In this document: piece after piece, positions 24,508 through 36,654 of the stretch
Layout: each line of letters starts with the position of its first letter
Numbering within the stretch: the stretch's first letter is position 1
Source of the DNA: Polymyxa betae A26-41
Lineage: Eukaryota > Protista > Endomyxa: Phytomyxea
Length of the DNA stretch: 64,000 nucleotides
Reading direction: 5' to 3'
Assembly (NCBI GenBank): GCA_003693705.1
Contig: RBZT01000809.1
Span: forward strand, 62,001 to 126,000
Notes under the pieces: model-generated
Seen by the model: only the letters and a program-made list of their open reading frames with translations
Database searches by the model: none
Told to the model about the DNA's origin: nothing
Made by a program: the position numbers and the translations under genes

Positions 24508-25432
24508 TCAAACGCGCTGTTGGCGCTTGGCCTGTTCATGTCGAATGATGGCCATGTCCAGCTGCGCTTGCAAGACATCGGTCGGTTGATAGCGGGGGTG
24601 CTGTGTAGGGGGTAGCAGGCTTTGCAGCTGCTGTAATGTATAGTAGTACTTGCGAAACGCGCGAACGAACACATCACGCTGCTGCAGTTCGTTGTCCGCG
24701 ACCGCGTTCAACAATCCCCAATCACGTTCGAACTGGTCAGCCAGGTTGTTAGCCGATGTAAAGATGTCAGTCGCAAGCCGTGCTGGTTCATTAGCAATCC
24801 GGGAGCTAACAGCCGGGATCCACCAACGGTGCTCTTTTGGAACACAGTCAGGGATCCCGTGCTCCGGTGAAAAAGTCAAGGATGGATGCCGCGCGTAGTA
24901 GTCAGGATGGAATAGCCCGACGCTCGCCATAAACGTTTTTCGTATAAAGTTGGAGGGCTGTCGCTCCATCCTCACCGGCGTTTTCAGGAAGGTGATCGCC
25001 GGGTGTTCGGGGATCTTCACGCGTAACGCAATCAGACCCCCGAACACGCATCTGACAATCAGTCGTTTGTGACTCCTTACAACCGCTCGCCTCGCAGTTC
25101 ACAAAACTCGGAAGCTTCGTTTTGAACAGGTTTCACGTGGACATGCGTGCGTATAGATCTTCCAGGATGTCGACCCCAAATCGGAGCTTCTGCTTCTGAC
25201 CGTAGACAATGTAGACGAAGGCGAGGACACCGGTGCGACGACAGCAGTCTAGCAATATGTCGGTGCTGAAAATGGTCTTGCGCGAAGTGATCGTCATGCC
25301 CGGAATAGATGGAGCCGCCAGACTTATATCATAGATGGTGTCCAGGTACTCGGTGATCTCGAACATGAGGGACGCGTTGGACTTGTTAGGATGGTACATC
25401 TTAACAGTTGGCTCAGAAGTCAACAGCGGCAT
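24508..25432 (-). other. Orphan GC-richer ORF pair (24508-25047, 25133-25432), possibly one disrupted or spliced gene
   Basis: Two adjacent same-strand ORFs with coding-like composition. No family recognised. Confidence 0.3.
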
Positions 25433-25914
25433 CTCATTGACCTTATCAATGCGGCTAGTGTGGCGGGTGCTGAAGCTGGAAGGAAACCGAGCACCTCCTT
25501 GATTCTGTGGATATCTCCGGAAAACTTTAAAAGCGCTTTAAAGTGGAGGCCACGCAAACTTGCGAAATAAAATCGGAAAATGCATACTTTTCACTGACTA
25601 ACATCATCAACAGCAAAGTTAAAAACACTTTAAAGGCCCTTTAAAAGCAGACATTTAAAGCTACGGAAAGCGCATGTTTGATACCCCCTAATACAATTGG
25701 AGGACATCGTTTCGACGTAAATAGCTGGAAAACTGAAACCTTGTTTTCGAAAATACGGAATTTTGGTTTAAAAGTGTCGATAGGGGAGGAGCAGCCTCGT
25801 CAAGTTACGGGCAACGTTACCATAGCAAGATTTCTTGAACATTCTCACAACATTTCTTGTTCATTGTGATCTGGCGCTGCTTGGTGGCTGGAGACGTCGT
25901 CGGCTCCGGTTACC

Positions 25915-26832
25915 ATGGCGGAGGTCCACTGCAATCTGCCAGGAACGACGCGCGAGGACCTGTTCGCCTGGAAGCCGACCGACCCGGAGACGTCCGAGGG
26001 TGCGTTCGTCGCACAGGAATACATCCAGGACATGATCCGTATGAAGCAAGAGATTCGAGTGATTTGCGAACTTTGCTGACGATTTGCAGGTCTTAATCCA
26101 TCCGATATGAGCAAGATTGTGACGCCGCCTTCTAATCTAGATAACAGCGTTTGGATCTTGGAACATCTCAGGTGTGCATTTTATTGCTCTTCCAAATAAT
26201 ATCGTTTTTTAGCTCTATAATTCACTTGCTGCTGTTTTATGCTGATATGTATTTCTCTTGGTGATTTGTCGAAATGTCTGAACGTCATTAATACGATGCA
26301 CAGACAGATTCTGCTGGAGCTGAATTTTTTCGTGGCTTTTATCGCAGACGATTGCAACTCGGAGACATGCCCTAAGATGATCGCTCATAAGTGGGGTCGG
26401 TATTCCCCCCAGTAGTTGCCGCTGTTTTCTAACTTTGCTTGTGTCAAAGAATTCTTATGTGCAGCACATAAGAAGCCGCAGGACTGTAGCGCCATCGATT
26501 ACATCGTCCATACATTGAATGGCTTTATCGGCCTTCTAAACAACAAATCGATCTTCCCAAGCCGAGGTCCTCCTATCTCTGTCTTCTGAACCGTTTCATT
26601 GAATTTTTATTCAGTTCGGATTCCACCAAAATCGCACCAGTTTTTCCAATCGATTCCACGACGATTATGTCGTGTGTTCGCGCATGTCTTCTTCCATCAT
26701 CGCGAGCTGTTCGACGCCTTCGAGAAGCGAACGTATCTATGCTGTCGATTTGTGGCATTAACCACCCGTTTCAAGTTGATCCAGAGGCAACATCTAATTA
26801 TTCCTATTGACCAGCTCCCTCTTAGTCTCTAA
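25915..26832 (+). CDS. MOB4: MOB4/phocein (STRIPAK component), multi-exon
   Basis: Spliced: [13 protein letters not shown]...VAQEYIQD...[15 protein letters not shown]...[23 protein letters not shown]...FPSR...[31 protein letters not shown]. Confidence 0.92.
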
Positions 26833-26936
26833 AATATTGCTCAAATTCTGAATCAGCAGAGCACTGCTTTTATCGAAATCGATTCGTCCAATGACTGTGT
26901 ACCGTACCGTTTTGATCGTTGCTTTCATTCCATCGA

Positions 26937-28519
26937 ATGGGGGTGCTGCTGCTCGTGATCGCTGCTGTTGCGGCGGCGATCGCCTCGGCTCAGGATTATT
27001 CAAATGGTTGGAATCCGCCGGATGGTCCCAAAGAGAAGGCGCCCCAACATTCCGGATACATCCCGATTTCCACCAACGCCTACACGTTCTATTGGCTGTT
27101 CGAATCGCGAACACATCCAGAAAAAGCACCTCTGGTGATCTGGTTAACTGGAGGGCCTGGCTGTGCTTCCGAATTGTAAAACATACGTCACGTTTCAAGG
27201 TGAGATTGATCAAGACCTTGCAGGGCCGTATTCTATGAGCAAGGCCCGTTCCGGTTCGAGAAAGACGGCATTCGTATCAACAATTACGCTTGGAATGAGG
27301 TCGCCAATCTCCTGTTTGTAGATCAGCCACGAAGCACCGGGTTTAGCTTCGTAGATGGGAGCTCGAATGAGCAGTTTAATCGGGATGAGGTCGGATGCGA
27401 CAAGAGACGCCCTGGAAACCTTCTGACATCGTCTTGGTAGAAATCAATTAGCGATGATATGTACGAGTTTCTGCAGGGATTCGTGCAGCAATGTCCGGAG
27501 TATGCTGATCGTGATGTTTATATCACCGGTGAGAGCTATGCTGGACATTATATTCCTGTATTCGCCAGTAGAGTTGTACAAGGAAATCGAAACGGTGATG
27601 GTCTCCCAATCGCTCTGAAAGGTAATTTCAAGGTTTTGGCAAATCAATCCAGTTTTTTTGATGATTTTGTGTATTCTGTGTTGCAACTAATTGCTGAGAT
27701 CGTTGATCAGGAGTGGCAATCGGGAACGGCTGGGTGAATGCATTCTATCAATTTCCAGCCATGATTGAGTATGCAAAAAAGCACGACTTAATAGTCGACG
27801 ATGAAGACAAACGTCGCGATCTAGACATCCTCGCCCAAAACTGCCAACTTCGCATAAAATCGGATCCGTCGCAAAGTCGCGAATCGTTCGAATATTGTGC
27901 TTCTATCGAGAACTATCTGCTCGGCGACCCGGCCGTACAGACCCGTCATTTCAATTATTACGATATCCGGATAGAATGCGGCCCGCACGACGAATGCTAC
28001 GACTTCTCGCAGCTCGATCAGCTGCTTGCCGAAGGCGATGTCAAATCGAGCCTGGGCGTGGACCCGCGCGCCGATTGGGATGCTTGCGATGTCAACGTCT
28101 GGAACAATCTGGTCTCGGACCAGAAGCTGGCCTGCGACGCCTTCGTCCCGGGCCTGCTGGAGGCCGGCGTTCGTGTCTTAATCTATACGGGCGTGGAAGA
28201 CTTTCTCTGCAATCACATCGGTACTGAAGCCTGGGTTTCAGCAATGAAATGGCCCGGGCAGAAGGTCTGTCCTCTATAACGGTTGACGCCGCTGTGGTAA
28301 TTGTCTGATTAGGAGCTGACATCTCAAAGCTGGTCGTCGTGGTTCGCCTTAGGCGAAGAGGCGGGCCGGTTTAAACAGAGCAAGAACTTTCTGATGGTAG
28401 AAGTCAATGAATCGGGCCATATGGTGCCGATGGACCAGCCCGAGCGAGCTCTCGAGCTTCTGAAAGCGCTTCTGGGCGATTTCCACCTGGAAGGCCCTCC
28501 GACACTAGCTATCGATTAG
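26937..28519 (+). CDS. Serine carboxypeptidase (peptidase S10) with signal peptide
   Basis: Signal peptide [28 protein letters not shown], catalytic [19 protein letters not shown] and [10 protein letters not shown]. Confidence 0.95.
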
Positions 28520-28653
28520 TGTCGAGATAAAAGTTTCATTTCTCTGGTTTTGCTTATTCAGCTCGGTAAACGACAGAATAAGTTTTAAGACTGGCAATAT
28601 AAAATCACATGTTCAAAGTATAGATATAGAATTAAAATAATATCACGACGGTA

Positions 28654-31008
28654 TTAACACATTGAATCGAACCGGGCACGTTTCAGTCGAGGTTGCCTTT
28701 TCTCGAGCACAACGATCGGTGAAGGCGGCGCATCATTGGTCTCCTGCTGCTGCAATTTCTTGGGCGGCCTGCCGAGCCGTTTCCCGTGAACACTGAGCGT
28801 GACTCCATCGGAAGTCTTGGACATAATCCTGGAAATCGGCCGTTGCCGCTTCCTGCAGAACGACGGCAGCGCCGGTACCAGCTCGACGTCGCGAATCCTG
28901 TTCAGCGTAATCGCCCATTGAGCGGCTTCACGTTGACTCCTGCGTAACGGTCCATTGCTGACATCACCATGAGCAGGCTCGGGCGGCGGTGGCGGTGCAA
29001 CAATCTCCAACAACGTATCAGGGTCTTCGATCTCGATACGAATGCCTTCATTGATGAAGACGCCGTGGATTTCTTCTCGTCGATGGACGCGAACCCTCAG
29101 AGTCGACAGCGTCTCCACAGCGTCGAGCCTGATCGGAATCGCCTTGGATCCTTGGAACAGATCTTGCAGGTAGCCCTGCTTCAGGACGGTACGACGTCGG
29201 CTGCGACGAACGCAGGTGGCGCAGACGAACTGATCGACATATTGGGCGGCCTCATCAACAATACCACCACATTCGCCGTGGAACCAATTCTCACAGACAT
29301 CACATGATATAAACCATCTCGACATATCACTTGGTCTGGTGCAGAAACAGAATTGAACATGATCCTGCAAGCCGTACGCCGGAGCTGATAACGATGCCGC
29401 CACGGAATCCACCAGATTTCTCACGACTTCATGAACCGCCAAACGATTCAGATGAGCGTCCAAAGCCACGTCCGTCGACTTGAAATCCACGATCGTGGCC
29501 AAGGTTGGCGGCCGGGCAAGCACGACGCGTTTCTCGGCGACGGGACGGCAGAGATCATCGAGTGCGACTTCATGGCAGATGTGCGGCTCAGAGGCGATCG
29601 CCAGAGCGCGATCAAAATCGGTAACTTCGGGCAGAGCGACCGGCTTCGACGGCCTCTCAACAACGACGGCGGCGACCGGTGCAGGGGAAGATGGCGGCGG
29701 CGGCTTGTTGCGATTCAAGTATGCGTCGAAGATGCGTTGGCGACGAGCGCGGGCGTCGAAATCGTCATTGCGAGGCTGTGACCATTCCTGGGAGACGCTC
29801 TGCCTGAGCCAAGCTTTAGCAGCGTTGTTCTCTTTGATCTGAGCCTCGAGATGCCGCCTCAGCAGCCACAGCTCACAGCAGATCTCGTCGTCGTCTTCGC
29901 AGAGCTGCAGCGGGTCGATATCGTCAGCGATCGACTCGATGAAGAAGTGCAGCGACGAATTCGGGCGTCGAGGGCGGCGGTCGCCAGGTGCAGGCGTCCC
30001 TGATAGGAAGAAACGCGCCGTTAATGGGTCGTAGAGCGGCGGCGGGAACATATATTGAAGATCAGATGAACGACATTCACCAGGCTGGATTAAAGCAGAT
30101 GCAACAGCATACTGCAGATCCAAAGATCGGAACGCCCCATGGCGGCGGATCAGTACGGGCGTCTCGCCATCGCCTTCGAACCGAACGTAGAAAGAGGCGC
30201 GCGCCACCCTGCCGGATGTGGAGCCTAGATCGGCGGCGACGACCGGGCTTGTATTGGCGTCGATACGTTGTTTGTATCGCATCGAGCGAGGCGTGGCGTC
30301 GACATCATCGGTGCGGTCTTCTTCATCCCAGATATGACGATAATTCAGCTCTGAGGGAGGAATTCGAAACAGATCTTCAGAGGGCGGTGACGACGACGAG
30401 AGCGCCTCCAGATCGTGAACGGGCTCGAAGAATCCGTTGATAATACGCCAGGCTTTAGTGCCGGGTAGTTCGGTGATGGGTGCAGGAGGTGGTAGAGGCG
30501 GCGGCGGAGGCTTGCGCGGCTCAGCTTTGAAATCGAATCGGGCCGGCGGCATCGTTGATAGGCGAGCACCGAGCCGATCGGCACGCTGTCTGACCTGACA
30601 TCGCCACCTTCGACAGTACCATTGCGGTGTACTGACACAAGCGCCATGGGCCAGCGCGCCGCACCCGCATTGCCTGGCGCTGACGACGTCGCAGACGCGA
30701 CCGCATTCGTGACAGAGATGGTCGTCGACGACGGCTGCCGGATACTCCTGGGTCAACGCGATCTGGTCCAAAATCTGATGAAGACGAGGCAGAGCACCAC
30801 GACGACGATACCCGGATTTCAGCGTCGGCAGCGGCGGCGCGTTCGATAGGCGCACGGCGGTCGGATGAGGCAGCGACGACGGCGGTCGCGGGCGACGTTT
30901 GGAGATAATGTCGCGGGCCAGGCGTGTGACCGCCTTGGATAGAAGATGGTCATGGAGAGGAGCTGGGTCGTAGCCCGCCTCGATGACGGCATCAGCCGCC
31001 GTCTGCAT
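28654..31008 (-). CDS. Chromatin protein with two PHD fingers, an Ada3-like helix and an AT-hook
   Basis: PHD1 CHECG...CGCGALAHGAC...WYC; PHD2 FCFCTRP...FISCDVCENWFHGEC...FVCATC; DDDEICCELWLLRRHLEAQIKENNAAK resembles the Ada3 core; KRLGRPPKK. Confidence 0.75.
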   Translation of the reverse strand: MQTAADAVIEAGYDPAPLHDHLLSKAVTRLARDIISKRRPRPPSSLPHPTAVRLSNAPPLPTLKSGYRRRGALPRLHQILDQIALTQEYPAAVVDDHLCHECGRVCDVVSARQCGCGALAHGACVSTPQWYCRRWRCQVRQRADRLGARLSTMPPARFDFKAEPRKPPPPPLPPPAPITELPGTKAWRIINGFFEPVHDLEALSSSSPPSEDLFRIPPSELNYRHIWDEEDRTDDVDATPRSMRYKQRIDANTSPVVAADLGSTSGRVARASFYVRFEGDGETPVLIRRHGAFRSLDLQYAVASALIQPGECRSSDLQYMFPPPLYDPLTARFFLSGTPAPGDRRPRRPNSSLHFFIESIADDIDPLQLCEDDDEICCELWLLRRHLEAQIKENNAAKAWLRQSVSQEWSQPRNDDFDARARRQRIFDAYLNRNKPPPPSSPAPVAAVVVERPSKPVALPEVTDFDRALAIASEPHICHEVALDDLCRPVAEKRVVLARPPTLATIVDFKSTDVALDAHLNRLAVHEVVRNLVDSVAASLSAPAYGLQDHVQFCFCTRPSDMSRWFISCDVCENWFHGECGGIVDEAAQYVDQFVCATCVRRSRRRTVLKQGYLQDLFQGSKAIPIRLDAVETLSTLRVRVHRREEIHGVFINEGIRIEIEDPDTLLEIVAPPPPPEPAHGDVSNGPLRRSQREAAQWAITLNRIRDVELVPALPSFCRKRQRPISRIMSKTSDGVTLSVHGKRLGRPPKKLQQQETNDAPPSPIVVLEKRQPRLKRARFDSMC

Positions 31009-33027
31009 ATATTAGAGGAAGGGACAGAGCAGCGCCAAAGGCACTATGGTCATATAGACACAGGTCACCAGAACTCCGTACGCAATTTCATACGTTTTTT
31101 CCCCGACAGGTTTCTGATCTTCTTTACAATGAGGGGTTGGAGACGCGGCCACCTCTACTGATTCCTGATTGTATCGTTTGAAGTGCTACAGATGACAAAG
31201 ACATAGACAGTTTTGTTTCATTTTTTCCCACGTGCGTTCTGAGTACCAGAATAAAAAGGGGCAATTGACGCAAGTTTTTTCGACGACTTTTTCGTAGTTG
31301 CAGTAAAGTGCCTATACAACCGGTCTAGGATCACCCGTCGCTATACAATGTCAACGACCTTCGATAGCAAGCTCCTGTGCCACTATCAGAAGTAAGCAAA
31401 TCAAGGATGACAGATCTCAATCGTTGGTTGGAAAGATCAGCAGGCGCAAGATAGTTGGCTGGGTCAGGCATGTTGTTAGCTGGCGACCCAGTCGTTGCCT
31501 CGAACGGTGACGGCACGAGCTGCGGCCGTAGCGGCCCCGGGTCTGGCAGCTCGGAATGACGTTCTAAGCTTGGTTGTGGGAAGTGATCATAACCCGGATG
31601 AGTCCGAAAGACCGCGGTCTCCGATCATTGGTTCGAATGCATCCCTATCCTGATCGCCGCTAATCAATTTATTACAAACTTTCACGACAAGTCATATTGC
31701 CTTACTTTATTAAAGCCAACGCCGCAAAACTTGGATGGGTACCATCAATGGTCAATGGATAATAAAAAACGAGATTAACAAATCGAATACCTAGATCCAT
31801 GAATGAGGGTCTTTCCTAAAAGAATATCAAACTGCTGGGAAATGGTGATAGGCCGTTATATGCAACATTTTTACAGGAACGATCGTTAATAAACTTGTGT
31901 AGATACATCGCCCATAAATCTCAGAGACGTTCAAGTTGTAATGAATGGTCTTCTGCTACAGTAGTTACTGTCTATCTACAGTGTAAGAAGCAAGAGCCTC
32001 GAATAAAAACCAGCAATTTTGAACAATAGAAATCCGTCTTATGAGGCAGGCCTGGAGAAAGTTCTCCAGCAACGACAAGCCGTACTCTTCATGGGTCAAG
32101 ACCTGCGACATTTACCTCAAGGGAGGGAAATTCGTGTTTCGTATTCGGCCCGCTGGGACAATATTGATGTTAACAAAACCATATCCTGGCCCGTTATCAG
32201 GAAAAAAATGAGGAACCAATCCGGGAGCGTGCTGAAAAGTACCCAGCAATCGCGGCTGCGCCGGCCACATAATGTGGCGGAAGGCGGGAGCTCTATAAGT
32301 TGATCTAAAAATGGTCTAAACTCAGTGACGCAGTTTGTCTAGAAATACGGTAAAGTGGTAAACATTACTATTTGGTACCGTAGGTATTAAGCAATCGCAG
32401 TGGGCTGCCTGCAATAAACAGTTGAAGGACGCGCAGCCCACGGCACAGTTTTTGTTTCACAGTCGCGCAGAAACAATTGTTTGAGGTTCCGTTTGAGGGG
32501 TTCTCTATCCATTATCTTCATTTATTATTGTGATCTTGAGATAGAAAGCTATCGTTCACAGCACGCGTGCTTAGAAATATTTACGAGCGAATTATACCAT
32601 CTGCAGGTGGTCAACTTTAGTTCAAATCGCAACATCAAAGACACTAATATCACATCAAAACAACAAAGACACGAATGTTTTACAAGAAGGCTTAATTCGA
32701 TAACAGGTTTATTTTTTCTTCAGTTACCTGCAAGAAAGATACCTTTACAATCAAGAGCAAATCCAAATTCCAACCAAAACGCAAACAGAAATCGAAACTC
32801 CACAAACCGCTCACGCTCTCAAAGACCAGCGATTCTGGTTCTGGTCGGCTTCATCAACTGTGGCGACTGACATTGAAGGAAAAGTCAAACTGGCAGTTAT
32901 GAACGACTGATGTGGTCCTAGCAACGAAACACCTGAAGCTTGTGGTAATTTAGAGAGCTCTACAGCTCAGGGATGAGATCTCAGATCCCTCTACCAACGT
33001 CGACACACGATCTAAAGGATCAAAATA

Positions 33028-33045
33028 GTGTGTGTGTGTGTGTGT
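33028..33045 (+). repeat. (GT)9 microsatellite inside the LTR
   Basis: Read directly from the sequence. Confidence 0.9.
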
Positions 33046-33224
33046 ATGTTAGTTGTTAGTTAAGGTATGTTAGTTAAGGTAATGCGCAAAAAGCGCGTAA
33101 GTGTGCTATGTCCAGCGACGACGTAGGTCGTGCTGATAACAAAACAAAAGATAAAATCTAAAGAAAAATTATAAAATAACGTCAACGGACGTTACACCGC
33201 CGTCTCAACATAAAGAGCTACAGG

Positions 33225-33663
33225 TTATGAAAGAGCAGCTAAGAGCGAAGAAGCATTAGGTAGTTTGGATAAACAGCGCTTGACGAATACCGGGGCATCA
33301 GAATAGATTTGTAGTAAAGGTTCCCAAGTACGATCGGATTGCTCAAATCCTTTCCAAGCAACCAAAACTTCCCACGTTTGCGAAGATTGATTGAAACGAC
33401 TGTCCAGAAGCGCCTCCAATTCATAACCATCACCATCGAAGGCAACCTGCTCGAACAATTCCTCGGTATCCTCTAAGGATGAATCACAATACAATCGTAG
33501 ACGCAAAGCATGCACTTCCGTGCGAATCTGAGTAATGAGATTCTCAACAGTGAATATATAATCAGATAACACCTCAACAATTCTGTGAGGCCCAGACCAG
33601 CGAACCGATATTTTAGACCTTTTCCGATTCAGCATATTGGAGACCAAAACAAAATCACCACGG
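33225..33663 (-). pseudogene. Integrase C-terminal GPY/F module plus chromodomain fragment
   Basis: GDFVLV...KISVRWSGPHRIVEV...EVHALRLRLY, then YELEALLDSR...EVLVAWKGFEQSDRTWEPL. Confidence 0.9.
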
Positions 33664-33789
33664 TAACAAAACAAAAGATAAAATCTAAAGAAAAATTATA
33701 AAATAACGTCAACGGACGTTACAAAGCTGTACAGAATCTTGAATGGCCAGAAGGTTGTTCCGGCTATGTTTACTCCACTTCACGTACGC

Positions 33790-34597
33790 TAGAAGGGATC
33801 ATCATCTCGTTCATCATGGCTCTCGCAGCGTTTCCGCGGCTCAGACGAGGTATAGACCCAGATAAAAGCCGCGAGATCGAGTAAAGGCAATCTGACTGCT
33901 GCAATACGACCACTCGATCGAAAAGAATGTGGACAACGAAGAACCCTCGATCGAGCCATCTCGATCAGAATCGCGAGTCCCCGAATCTGATCCAAATTCT
34001 TGGCTTCTTGCTTTCGGAATAGTTATATTCCATTAAGACGATACACAAAGGCAAACTTCTACTTTCAGATCCTCATCAGGCTATTCTCATAGAGCGATTT
34101 TGTGCTTTATTGAGTTAAATTAGCTGGGATCATGATCTCCTAGCTAGATCAAGGCTCTCGCAGCGATGTTACGGCTGAGACGAGGCTTGACAGCTATTGA
34201 AGCCGCCAGATCGAGTTACGACGATCTGATTGCTGAAAAACGACCGTCTTAAACAGCATGACGACACAGGAGAACGTTCGAGGCGGCCATTCGAATCCAA
34301 TTGTGTCGAGGTCACAAAATCCGCGATTCTCAGCCCGATCCAGGATCTCACAATAATAGCCATAACATCTCATCAATATACAAAAACAAATTTCTACTTT
34401 CAAATCCCTTCAAGCTATTTTCGTAGAGTGAATTGGCAGTTTATTGAATTAAAATTAACAGGGATCATCATTTCTTTGATCATGGCTCTCGCGGCGATTC
34501 CAGGGCTGAGACGAGGTTAGACAAGTATTAAAGCCGCCAGATCGAGTTTCGTCGATCGGATTGCTGTAAAACGACCCTTTCTGGAATGATGACAGAA
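33790..34597. repeat. Degenerate tandem repeat, about 333-bp unit, about 2.5 copies
   Basis: The block gggatcat...ggctctcgc.gcg...ggct.agacgagg recurs at about 33795, 34126 and 34461. Unit tails ttctactttca.atcc...tttattga.ttaaa match between units 1 and 2. Confidence 0.8.
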
Positions 34598-34639
34598 GTT
34601 GCGGCAGTATCTCAGACGCGTCGGAAACGAAGAATTCCG

Positions 34640-34696
34640 GATAAGTCAAAGATTACATGTTATAACTGTCAAAAGAAAGGGCACTGCGGACGATGA
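34640..34696 (+). pseudogene. Retroelement gag zinc-knuckle remnant
   Basis: Translates DKSKITCYNCQKKGHCGR*, a truncated CX2CX4H knuckle typical of Copia-type gag. Confidence 0.65.
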
Positions 34697-35718
34697 ACAA
34701 CACGCTGTCGGAATTGAGGTTAATGTAATGGGCATGGATACTAGGTGTACCCGAAATCGCCGACTAGTGCCTCAAGTCGAACCAGAAGATTACCGAGTAC
34801 TCAAGCGATATCGTCTAGGATATCACGCTCTGATTGCTGAAGGCATTGTACCAACGTCCGCGGAGGCCACACAGCATGCTAACATTGATTGGTGTTTAAC
34901 AGTGATTTTTTCCAAATGCCGGAAGAACATGACAAAATAGTGGGAATGCCGTCCGAGATTTTGCCGACGAAAGACCAATTGTGGTCCAGATGATGTGTTG
35001 AAAATGTTGAAGAGGCTCGACGATCACCGTTTAACTTTTGAGGAATCCGAAATAGTTTTGACTGGATGCCTGAAGCTAAATCCAACTCTGTTGGAATCTT
35101 GAGCGGCATACTTTGAACTGTTGGATCCAGCAGAGGAGGAGTGATCTCCGATCAATATCTCTGTACAATTAGCGCAAGACTTGGACTCTGAAGATCTTGA
35201 CATCTTACCTCCTCACTCGGCTTCTGATGCCATAACATCTTTGAAATCATTTTCATGGATCAAGGAGTTTGTACTTCTGCTACTCGCCTTTAACGAAATT
35301 TCCAAATAGCCATGAAAGTGCTTGTGTTTGCTTGCCTTTTAATACCTCGGTTCAGATTAGATGATATATATTGTCATCAACGACTCAATCCAACGAGTCG
35401 ATTTCATCTGGCATTGACTCTACATCAGAATGTGTCCGTCAGGTCGTTATTTTTCAGATTGTCCTCACACCACTTATAGAGAGGTCGCAGGCGTAACGGA
35501 TTCCAGAGCTTACAGGAGTCTCAAATTCCCTGTACACCAATCCTTTCTCAGACCAGCACAAGCCCTGAACCTGTGTAATGTTTAATCCAAATGTGACTAC
35601 AAACCATTCCTAATTTTTTATAGTGGAAGAATACTGTTTGTATTCCAGGACGAAACTGATGTCATGATCCCCGACGCCTGTTCCCTCCTACACATCAGCC
35701 AAACTCTTCTCCACGAAG

Positions 35719-36600
35719 GTGCAGCTGTTCTCAGATACCCAAAAAAGGCGGCGACCCATCGAACCCAGCCGACTGGCGCGGTATATCGCGCTCCAGAGCC
35801 ATCTCAAGAAACTCTACGATTCCTGTGTCCGTGAAACCCTGCGACATCACAAGTGGACAGCGACCCACCCACTACAAATGGGTTTCCAACGCGGCCTCGG
35901 CGCCACGGACGCTGTGTACGTCGCCGATGAACTCCTCACCAAGTATGACCGCCTTGGACTGCACCTGACCGTCGCCCTGCTGGATATCCGGAAGGCGTAT
36001 GATCGTGCGCCTCGCGGATTCCACTGGAAGAAACTGGGACGCGCGAAGTTTTTATTTTTCTTTTACTTGTTTATTCTGATATTGATATATATATATGAGG
36101 TTCCCCCCTAACCTCTCTGCGGACTCCGCAACCTCTTCTCTTCTTACTAATAATACAATTAGAGTTCTTTGTCTCTCTCTCAACACGTGTCAATTCTGTC
36201 TCTCTTTCATCTCTGTTTTAAAATTGGTCTTCCGACCTCTGGTCGTCTTAGAAACTGCGGGATCGCGGCGGCGCCTCCAAGAGTAATCTCGGGTCTCAGC
36301 AAGGCCGAGGCCGCGCTCATCAGGTTCGACCAACTCGGCGGTTTCCGATGTCCCGGCCTGCCGATCTCCAAGAAGCGCTTCCTCATCATCGCCTGGACCC
36401 GCCCACGCTGCGAGTATGGCCTCGCCATCGCTTCACACTGTGACGCCGTGCTCAAGTCGGTCGACAAGCTGATGATGCGAGCGAACGGTAAATTTATCGG
36501 ATCCCGCCGCGGCTCCATCCTGACGATGCGCTTGACCGGAATCATCCCCGCCGCCATCTTACGCCAGCGCTTTATCCATTCCCTCCAAGCCCGTAGTGAG
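35719..36600 (+). mobile_element. Non-LTR (LINE) reverse-transcriptase remnant lacking the catalytic YADD core
   Basis: RYIALQSHLKKLYD...QMGFQRG...ALLDIRKAYD (early RT domains). After an AT-rich insert comes the thumb-like region ISKKRFLIIAWTRPRCEYGL. Confidence 0.82.
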
Positions 36601-36654
36601 CCCATGGCCGGGTGTCGTTCCGGGGTCAGTAACGGCGTTCTCGATGATGGCCGG

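Larger units (their letters stand above)
32941..33723 (-). mobile_element. Internally deleted Ty3/Gypsy chromovirus LTR retrotransposon
   Basis: TG...CA termini, 5-bp TSD AAGCT at 32936-32940 and 33724-33728, full 3' LTR 32941-33196, identical 60-bp remnant of the 5' LTR at 33664-33723, purine-rich tract next to the 3' LTR. Confidence 0.9.

Noticed and set aside
31100-32900. Short ORFs 31331-31516, 32019-32303 and 32481-32870
   Set aside because: No ATG-initiated coherent model or recognisable family.
33137-33723. 60-bp identical direct repeats considered as a CRISPR-like array
   Set aside because: Only two copies, fully explained as LTR ends with a TSD in a eukaryotic context.
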